64,000 nt of DNA from Thermoplasmata archaeon (GTDB lineage Archaea > Thermoplasmatota > E2 > JACPAO01 > JAHFTW01), in contig JAXDQS010000003.1 in NCBI GenBank assembly GCA_034667725.1, positions 352,001 through 416,000 on the forward strand, read 5' to 3'. Shown piece by piece: positions 49,213 to 57,200 of the stretch. The notes under the pieces are model-generated. The model worked only from the letters and a program-made list of their open reading frames with translations, searched no databases and was not told the origin of the DNA. The position numbers were made by a program, and so were the translations under genes. Position 1 is the first letter of the stretch. Every line of letters starts with the position of its first letter.

Positions 49213-50186
49213 ACGACGACGAGCACGGCGGCGGCGTTGTTGGCGTAGTCCGACTCGACGTAGAGCCGCTCGGGGTTGACCTCGGCCTCCAGGACGTACG
49301 GCCCCGGCGCCAGCCCGGTCACGTCGACCCATTGGCCGTCGAGGAACAGGGAGTACTTGTCGGCCCAGAACGAGGTGATGCCCTGGCCCTCGGAGCAGTA
49401 GCGGAACTGGCGCGGGTTCACGGTGCCGGCGACGGGGCTGCCCCAGGGCAGGAAGTCGATGATGCAGAAGCCCTGCTTGTGTCCGGCCACCATGTGCTCC
49501 AGCAGCTCGGGGTAGGCGGCCAGCACGGCGGCGGGCGGCATCCCCGGGTGGGCGGCGCGCACGGCCTGCCACGCGGCGTAGCCGGCGGGGTCCCACAGGC
49601 GGTAGTCGGCGTACTCGCTGAAGTGCCAGTGGCCGTGGCAGGTCCCCCACTCGAACCATTCGGGGTGGTCGGCGGGCCGTCCGACCTCGAGGTCGCCGAG
49701 GCCGATGTTGGGGCTCACGAAGTCGAACCGCAGCAGCGTCCGGGTGCCGGCGGCCGTGCTGTTCTCCGCGACCGCGCAGTGGTCGGCGGCGAACGCGCGC
49801 GTGTCGAGCCGCACGGTCGAGGCCAGCGAGACGGGATCCACGATGAGGTCCGGGCAGTGCGGCGCGTCCGCGCACGGCACCTGGCCGGAGGCGCCGTCGC
49901 CCTCGCCGTCGGTCCAGCCGGCGTCCGCGCCGACGGCAAGGAAGCCGCCGAGGACGGCCGAGGCGTGGGCGTCCACCGACGGCAGGCCGACGGGCACCGC
50001 CGTCATGCCGAAGTCGGCCGGGTCCAGGTCGCCGCAGGCGCGCAGCAGCGCCTCGCACAGGCCGTGCAAGTCGGCCTCCACGGCGACGGGGCCATGGACG
50101 CCGACGGTCGCGGCGGGCCCGCCTTGGGCGGCGGCGCCGAGGGCAAGGACGAAGGCAAGGAGGGCGGCCGTCGGGAGGCGGGCCAT
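49209..50186 (-). CDS. Secreted lysyl oxidase-like protein
   Basis: Signal peptide; LLRF, EWGTCHGHWHF, GHKQGFC, WADKY, QWVDVT, ESDYANN. Confidence 0.88.
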   Translation of the reverse strand: MARLPTAALLAFVLALGAAAQGGPAATVGVHGPVAVEADLHGLCEALLRACGDLDPADFGMTAVPVGLPSVDAHASAVLGGFLAVGADAGWTDGEGDGASGQVPCADAPHCPDLIVDPVSLASTVRLDTRAFAADHCAVAENSTAAGTRTLLRFDFVSPNIGLGDLEVGRPADHPEWFEWGTCHGHWHFSEYADYRLWDPAGYAAWQAVRAAHPGMPPAAVLAAYPELLEHMVAGHKQGFCIIDFLPWGSPVAGTVNPRQFRYCSEGQGITSFWADKYSLFLDGQWVDVTGLAPGPYVLEAEVNPERLYVESDYANNAAAVLVVV

Positions 50187-50279
50187 GCGGCTCGATGCGG
50201 GCCGCGGTATTTCATGCGCGTTGCCGCTTCCTGACCCACCCCCCGGCGACTTTAAGCGGCGAGGGCCTCGCGCGGTCGA

Positions 50280-50942
50280 ATGACCTGGCTGTGGACGGTG
50301 ATGCGGCCGCTGGCGGTGCCGGTCGTCCGCCTCGGCTTGCGGGTCAAGGTGAAGGGGCGCCGCCACATCCCGAGGAAGGGGGCCGCCATCCTCGCCTCCA
50401 ACCACTTGTCCGCGCTCGACCACGTCGTGCTACCGATGGCGACCCGGCGCACCATCGTCAACATCAGCAAGGCCGAGCACTTCGCCAAGCCCGTCAAGGC
50501 CTGGTTCTTCCGGCAATGGGGCGTCATCCGGCTGCAGCGTGGCGCCGGCGACAAGGGCGCCTTCGAGGCCGCCAAGAACGCCCTGCTGGAGGGCCACCTG
50601 TTCTGCATCTACCCGGAAGGGACCCGCAGCCTCGACGGCAAGCTGCACAAGGGCCACACCGGCGTCGCCCGCCTCGCGCTGGCGACCAAGTCCCCTGTCG
50701 TCCCGGTCGCCATGGTCGGCACCTTCGAGTCCTGGCCCAAGGGCGGCAAGCTCCGGCTGTTCAAGCCGACCGGCGCCCTCGTCGGCCCGCCCCTCGACTT
50801 CAGCCGCCACTGGGGCAAGCAGGACGACAAGGCCGTCTGCCGCGAGGTCACGGACGAGGTCATGCGCGCCATCCAGAAGCTCTCGGGCCAAGAGTACGTC
50901 CACGAGTACCAGCGCAACCCCGAGGTCCCCACCCACCGGTGA
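50280..50942 (+). CDS. plsC: 1-acyl-sn-glycerol-3-phosphate acyltransferase (PlsC family)
   Basis: SNHLSALD (HxxxxD) and YPEGTRS motifs. Confidence 0.9.
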   Translation: MTWLWTVMRPLAVPVVRLGLRVKVKGRRHIPRKGAAILASNHLSALDHVVLPMATRRTIVNISKAEHFAKPVKAWFFRQWGVIRLQRGAGDKGAFEAAKNALLEGHLFCIYPEGTRSLDGKLHKGHTGVARLALATKSPVVPVAMVGTFESWPKGGKLRLFKPTGALVGPPLDFSRHWGKQDDKAVCREVTDEVMRAIQKLSGQEYVHEYQRNPEVPTHR

Positions 50943-50945
50943 CCC

Positions 50946-51296
50946 ATGGCGTCCGGCATCACGCTGTGGGGACGCGCCGGCGAGCCGGACACCGCCGACG
51001 CGTTGCAGTTCCTCAAGCGCCACGGCTACGCCGCCGACGCCGTGCGCGACCTTGCCAAGTCGCCGCCCAGCCCCACGGAGCTGGCGGCCTTGGGCAAGGG
51101 CTTCGGCGGCTCGCTGCTGCCGCTTGTGGCCCCCGGCGCCGCCCCGCCCGCCGGCGACGACGTCGCGGCGTGGCTTGCGGCCGACTGGAGCCGGGCCCGG
51201 AGCCCGGTGCTCTTGACGCCAAAGGGCGCGGTGGCGGGGTTCCGGGAACGGCGGTGGAGCGAGTTCCTGGGGATCACGGGCCGGCAGCGGGGCTGA
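50946..51296 (+). CDS. ArsC/Spx-like thioredoxin-fold protein lacking Cys
   Basis: ITLW...DTADALQFL...DLAKSPPS.TEL...SPVL...GF..RW pattern. Confidence 0.6.
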   Translation: MASGITLWGRAGEPDTADALQFLKRHGYAADAVRDLAKSPPSPTELAALGKGFGGSLLPLVAPGAAPPAGDDVAAWLAADWSRARSPVLLTPKGAVAGFRERRWSEFLGITGRQRG

Positions 51297-51302
51297 GGAA
51301 GG

Positions 51303-51472
51303 TTCGGTGGTCTCGGTGCCCTCGGTGGATTCCCTCTGTGTCTAGTTGCGGTCCGCGACGAGCACTGATTCGCACAGATTCAGAAGATTCCCACAGAACT
51401 CTGCGGAATCCGTGTCCAGTCGGCGGTGAGGCGTCGCCCCACCAATCCACCGAAACCACCAAGGACACCGAA
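51303..51472. repeat. Mosaic palindromic repeat cluster F with 29-bp inverted ends
   Basis: 51303-51331 and 51444-51472 are a 23/29 inverted match flanking one core unit. Confidence 0.9.
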
Positions 51473-51476
51473 GGCG

Positions 51477-51767
51477 CTACCAGTTCTGCTTGTCCGCCAC
51501 GTCGTAGTTGCGGATCACCGACAGCGTGCCCCGCTTCGAGATGGCCTTGACCTTGCGCATGTCCTCGGCGGACAGCTCGATGTCCTCGAACTTCAGCACG
51601 TCCTTCTGGCCGCCGCGGCCGGAGGGCAGGTTCATCGCGACCGAGACCACCTTGCCGGAGCCGCGCACGGGGTGGCCGAGCGCCTGGAGGATTTCCAGGG
51701 CCTTGCCGGGCTCGACGTGGTCGAGGACGGTGCCGTTGCGGATGGGGACGATCTTGAACTCCTTCAT
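51477..51767 (-). CDS. pyrI: Aspartate carbamoyltransferase regulatory chain, allosteric domain only
   Basis: PIRNGTVLDH, MNLPS, KDVLKFE, IRNYDV; no Cys or zinc domain. Confidence 0.85.
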   Translation of the reverse strand: MKEFKIVPIRNGTVLDHVEPGKALEILQALGHPVRGSGKVVSVAMNLPSGRGGQKDVLKFEDIELSAEDMRKVKAISKRGTLSVIRNYDVADKQNW

Positions 51768-52645
51768 GCGGCGCGCTCCAGAAGATGGGCGAGGACCGCC
51801 ATCCGGACGGGCACGCCATTCCGGGCTTGGTCAAAATACTTGGCCGCAGGCAGCGCGTCGACGTCGGTCGCGATCTCGCCGACGCGCGGCAGCGGGTGCA
51901 GCACGATGGCCTTGCTGGCGGTGCGCGCAAGCAAATCGGCGTCGACCGTGTAGTGCAGCTTGACGCGCTCGTACTCGGAGGCGTCGGTGAAGCGCTCGCG
52001 CTGGACCCGGGTCATGTAGAGCACGTCGCACTCGCGCGCCGCCGTCTCCAAATCGGTTTCCGGGATGCCGTCGGACAGCTTGGCGGGCAGGCCCAGGCCG
52101 GGGGCCGCGACCGCGACCGGCTTGGCACCGAGGCGGTGCAGCGCAGGGACGAGGCTGTGCACGGTGCGGCCGAACTTCAGGTCCCCGACCAAGGCGACCT
52201 TGAGGCCGCGGACGTCGCCGCACGCCTTCTGCATCGTGTAGACGTCCAGCAGCGTCTGGGTCGGGTGCTCGCCGGGGCCGTCGCCGGCGTTGACGATCGG
52301 CACCGACGAGACCACGGTGGCGGCGCGCGCGGCGCCCTCCTTCGGGTGGCGCATCACGATGAGGTCGGAATACCCGCCCATCATGCGCACCGTGTCCTCC
52401 AGCGACTCGCCCTTCGAGGTGCTGGTGTTGGCCGGGTCGGAGAAGCCGAGGACGCGGGCGCCGAGGCGGTGGGCGGCGGCCTCGAAGCTCAGGCGCGTCC
52501 GGGTCGACGGCTCGAAGAACGCGGTGCAGACGATGCGGTCCACCAGGCGCTCGCGTTGGCCCTGCTGCTCCATCCCGGCCGCCGCCTCCAGGATGCCGCG
52601 CATCTCCTTGTCGGAGAGGTCATGGATGCTGACCAAGTGCTGCAA
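51764..52645 (-). CDS. pyrB: Aspartate carbamoyltransferase catalytic chain (TTG start)
   Basis: FFEPSTRTRLSF, HPTQTLLD, HPLPR. Confidence 0.96.
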   Translation of the reverse strand: MQHLVSIHDLSDKEMRGILEAAAGMEQQGQRERLVDRIVCTAFFEPSTRTRLSFEAAAHRLGARVLGFSDPANTSTSKGESLEDTVRMMGGYSDLIVMRHPKEGAARAATVVSSVPIVNAGDGPGEHPTQTLLDVYTMQKACGDVRGLKVALVGDLKFGRTVHSLVPALHRLGAKPVAVAAPGLGLPAKLSDGIPETDLETAARECDVLYMTRVQRERFTDASEYERVKLHYTVDADLLARTASKAIVLHPLPRVGEIATDVDALPAAKYFDQARNGVPVRMAVLAHLLERAA

Positions 52646-52646
52646 G

Positions 52647-52719
52647 TAGCCCCGACCGGATTCGAACCGATGCCAAAAGCTCCAGAGGCTCCTATCCTTG
52701 ACCACTAGACTACGGGGCT
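52647..52719 (-). tRNA. tRNA-Gln(CTG), archaeal A1-U72 type
   Basis: AGCCCCGTAGTCTAGTGGTCAAGGATAGGAGCCTCTGGAGCTTTTGGCATCGGTTCGAATCCGGTCGGGGCTA. Confidence 0.94.
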
Positions 52720-53116
52720 GAGTGTCTCTCTTTGGTGCGTATCCATACGGTGTTGGGCAGCTCTGGACGCTGTCCATGGACACGGGGAGAAGGGACAGGT
52801 GCCGGCGACTCGGCCCCGCTACATAAACCGGACGGGAAACCGATGACCGCCAGCCAGCACAGCACCACGAAGAACACCGACGCCGCCCTCGCCCGCTTCA
52901 GCGACGCCAACCGCGCCTTCATGCGGACCTTCATCCAACTGCGCCGCCACAGAGGTTCCCCGGATTGGGGGTTACGGCAAGGCTGGAAGCGTCCTGGTCG
53001 AGGAAGACGTGATCGACATGGACCCTCAGCATTCGGGCCGTGGGGCCGTGGCGACCATGGCAAGGGGCCCGGCCTGGCTGCCGCCTTGTGGGAGCCAGGG
53101 CCGGGCAGGCCTTTGT

Positions 53117-54202
53117 CTAGGCGACCAAGGAGCCGTCGGTGGCGTCGATGACGAAGACGCCGCCCAGCCGCTGCTGGCTGGCCGTGATGCGCCACAAGGG
53201 GTGGGGGTTCGTCGTGCGCTTCGTGAGCGTGTACTGGCTCCAGACTCCCGGAGCCACGCCCGCGGCCGCCATCGCGTCGTCGGCGTCCATGTAGGTGCCG
53301 CTGAGCTGCATGGCGGTGTACTCGTCGGCCGTCCAGTAGGTGGTCAGCGAGTCCCCCTTCACGGGGACGAGCCCGCCGACCAGGATGATGGGGTACGTCT
53401 CGCCGGTGTTGGCGTTGTGGTAGATGAGCACCCACTGCACGGCCTTGCCGTCGCCGGGGAACAGGTCGGGGGCGAAGAGCAGGGAGTCCAGGTCGTGGTA
53501 GTTGAGGTACACCTCAATGGAGCCGCCCAGTTGGCTCTCCACGGTCGTGACCTCCACCAGCTGGTCGCCTGGCAGAAGCAGGCCGGGGGAGGCCTCCACC
53601 GTCGTGATGGCGGTGTCCATGTCGATCTCCGCGGACGGCACGAGCGCCGTGACCGTGCCTAGGAAGGCATCGACGTAGATGGTCGAGGGCGTGCCCACCG
53701 CGGGCATGAACACGATCTGCCAGACGTCCAGCGTCCCCACCTTGGAGAGCCAGTAGTTGATGGTGTCCCCGACCGTGGGCGTGGCCAAGGAGGCCTTCAG
53801 GGCCGTGACGGCGGCCTTGAGCGCCGCCGCCGAGCCGACCGTCACCGTCGGGCTCACGGGCTGGACGTAGAGCTGGTAGTCCATCGCCGCAGGCAGGTCC
53901 TGCTCGGCGGTCGTGCCATCGGCGAAGACGTCCACGAGGTGGAACGCCTGGTGCTCGGGGACGTAGTAGCCGATGGTCCACTTCTGGAGGGCGCCGTCCG
54001 CGACGCCGGCGCCGGTGAAGCTGGTGTAGCCTTCGGAGCCGGAGACGTAGACGAGCTGCGCTGTGCCGGGGAGGAGGGCGCGGACCATGTCGAGCGCCGT
54101 CTCGGCGTCGATCTGGACCACGGCAAGCGGGGCGTTGGCCGGGCTCATGCAGCCGGCCACGAGGACGGCCGCGAGGGCCGCGACAAGGGTTTTGGTGTTC
54201 AT
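53117..54202 (-). CDS. Lipoprotein with about four PepSY-like repeats
   Basis: MNTKTLVAALAAVLVAGC; repeats of the type I(D/G)xxxAxxxA...W.I...VDA..G. Confidence 0.75.
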   Translation of the reverse strand: MNTKTLVAALAAVLVAGCMSPANAPLAVVQIDAETALDMVRALLPGTAQLVYVSGSEGYTSFTGAGVADGALQKWTIGYYVPEHQAFHLVDVFADGTTAEQDLPAAMDYQLYVQPVSPTVTVGSAAALKAAVTALKASLATPTVGDTINYWLSKVGTLDVWQIVFMPAVGTPSTIYVDAFLGTVTALVPSAEIDMDTAITTVEASPGLLLPGDQLVEVTTVESQLGGSIEVYLNYHDLDSLLFAPDLFPGDGKAVQWVLIYHNANTGETYPIILVGGLVPVKGDSLTTYWTADEYTAMQLSGTYMDADDAMAAAGVAPGVWSQYTLTKRTTNPHPLWRITASQQRLGGVFVIDATDGSLVA

Positions 54203-54204
54203 GT

Positions 54205-57200
54205 TCAGCACCCCGTGCAGGTGGGGATGTAACGGACTGCGTCGAACGGCCCGGCCGCCGCGGCCGTGGCGGTGTAGGCCCCGTCCCAACCGGCGCGGTT
54301 GCTCACGCTGCCGGCCGACCCGTCGAGGTCGAAGTCAAGCTCTTTCGCGTAGGCGCTGCCGGCCGGCCACGTGTTGTCGTGGTAGTGATCAAAAATCATG
54401 CGCCACGTGGAGGGCGCAATGTTCGGCGCAGGGGCGTCCTTGAAGCGGTAACCGTCCAGGTACGCGGCCACGTCCGCGTACGCTGTCGCGTACCCTGGCG
54501 CCCCCGGCATCAAACCGGTCTGCTCCGGCGTGTAGGCGGTCCCGGCCGGCTCGTTGTACGCCGCGCCGTAGAAGCGCCACTGGATGGCGTCTTGGTTGCA
54601 TGGGCCGCCGGCAGCGTAGTCCGCGTCGCGCGAGAACTCGGTCGCGTCGCGGGGGTTGGGGATTGCGGATGCGCCCATGATGCTGGGCGGGCACCAAGCG
54701 CCGCATTGTCCGTGGCCTCCATTATCGAACTGCACGTATTCCTCGTGCAGGAAGAAGGCGAAATGGCCCCACTCGTGGACAAGCATGTTGGGCCAGATGT
54801 CATCGCCGGGGTTGTGGCCGTTGACCAGGTAAGGCATCTCGATGGGTGCGTCGTTCCCGCCACTTTGGATGCCTCCAAACCATGCGGTCCCTGCCTCAAA
54901 TCCGCCGCCAGTGCAGGAGCCAGTGGAATCGGTGTTGGTGCCGGTCCAGATGCGCACGTCCGCATCGTCCCACTCGCCGGTGGAGGCCGACATTTGGACC
55001 TTGACGGGGCCGAACAGGAACCTGCCATCCGTGAGGTCCCACAGGAGGTCGTTGGCCTGCTGGACGGCCTCTTTGAGGCTCGCTTTCCAAGTGGCGTCTC
55101 CCGGGCCGTTCACGGCGATGGTCAGGGGCATGGCGTTGACGTCCTTCCACAGCGGGTCGAGGCCCAGCTTGTACTCCTGGAGGTTCGTGAGGCCGTCGCC
55201 TTGGGCAACGCTGGAGGTCCGGTGGATATCGATGTCGTCGCCGTCGTCGGGGGTGAAGGGCGTCAGGTCGGTCCAGAACTGGCCGAGGGTGGCGGTGGGC
55301 CGCCGGTCGTACTCGTAGTAGAACGGCAGGAAGTCGCCGTCGGCGCCCGCGGCGCCGCTGGCCCCGCCTTGGAAGGCGTGGAACCAGACCTCGCCCTCGT
55401 CGGAGCCGGACGGCATGCCGTCCTCGGCGCCGCTGCAGTGGCCATAGCCGTTGGGGTCGAAGTAGGAGGTGCCGCCGCCGCGGGGCTCGTCGTCGCCGTA
55501 CCATTCGCCGCTCCATGGGTCGTAGACGATGACGCACTCGCTGTTGGAGACCGAGATGTCCATCTGGTCGTCGGCGCCCGAGACGCCGCTGTCGACGTCG
55601 ATGAGGTCGATGTGGACCACGGAGTAGGCGTCATCCGGGGTGTCGAAGACGAAGTCCTTCTGGAAGTCGCGCCGCGTCGGCGTGTTGTCCACGCTGTCGC
55701 CCTCGTTGTCCTGGGTGGCGACGCCGACGACCTCGACCTTGTAGTAGGCGTCGATCTCGGAGCCGTCGTCGACGGTGTGGCTCAGGTCCTGGAAGCCCAG
55801 CATGCGGATGGTGACGGACAGCTTGGTCTGCGGGTCGGCGTCGTGGCGGTCGTTGACGCCGTCGCCGTCGCGGTCCACCGCGAGCAGCGCCGTCGTCATG
55901 GTGCCGGAGGCGAGCTGGGCCTTGTTGGTCGGGTAGGTGCCCAGGTCGTAGGCCTCGTACTTGTCCCCCAAGCCGTCGCCGTCCGAGTCCCATCGGTTGG
56001 GGTCGGTGAAGAACTTTCCAATGGTCGGGAACATGTCCGCGGGGGTCGCGCCAGGGCCGTGCGGCGGGTTCCAGCCTTGGTCCTCCTCGTGGTCCATGAG
56101 GCCGTCGCCATCCGTGTCGGGGTTGGTAGGGTTGGTGCCAATCTGGCCCTCGCGACAGTTGCCGAGCAGGTCGGTGTCGGTGTTGGCGTTGGTCACGGTG
56201 ACCGTGCGCTGGAAGGGCGCGGAGCTGGCGCCGCTGGGGTCCTTCGCGACCAAGCGGATGTTGAAGTCGCGGCTGGGCGGGGGCGGGCAGGCGTAGTCGT
56301 GGGTGGCGGTCGGGCCGGGGGAGGAGCTGCCGTCGTCCCAGTTCCACGTGAACGTCAGCGTCGAGGTAGGGTCGTCGGCGTCCTTGGTCACGTCGGGTGC
56401 GTAGTTGACGGCATCCACGCTGACCTTGTAGCCGCCAATGCCCGTCTGGCTCACGACGCGGAAGTTTGCCACCGGCGGGTCGTTGACGGCGGCGATGGTC
56501 AGGGTCACGGTCCCGACGTTGCTGCACAGCGAGCCGGCGCAGGCCTTGAAGGTGAAGCTGTCGGCGCCGTTGTAGTTGGCCGTCGGCGTGTAGGTCCGCG
56601 TCGCGCCGGAGCCCGACACGGTCCCGTAGTAGGGGTTCCGGACGATGCTGTAGGTGGCCGTGGCCGCCGAGGTGGCCGACAGGGTCATCGTCTTCGAAGT
56701 GTCCTCGTTGAGGGTGTAGGCCCCGTCATGCGCGACCGGCGCGGTGGGCGAGGGGGGTGGCGCCGAGGTGGTGGTCGTCGAGGGCGGGCCGTAGCAGAAG
56801 GTGCAGGGGGAGCTGCCGCCTGCGCCCGAGGAGCTGCCGGTCGTCCAGCTCACCGCGACGTTGTCGGTGTAGCCGATGACGGCGGGGGTGATGGAGCCGC
56901 CGTAGCCGTAGGTCGTGACGCCGACCTTGGTGAAGGAGAAGTCCGACGACGACGTCACCGTGTAGGATCCGGACCCGCAGGTCGTGCTGCCCTCGTCCAG
57001 CGCCAGCGTCATCACGCGAGAACTGGGGCTGTAGGTCATCCGGAAGGTGTAGGTTGGGCCTGACAGCGAGGTCGGGGTGCAGTGGGCGTGGATGCGCTGG
57101 TTGCCGTAACGATCGATGTAGCCCAAGTGGTACACTGGGAGGGCGGAGGGCGATCCGGACTCGTACCAGAGGTAGGCCGCGTTGCCGTCCTCGATGGGGG

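Noticed and set aside
52646-52783. N-terminal extension of PyrB in the ORF track
   Set aside because: Overlaps tRNA-Gln; homology begins at the TTG at 52645
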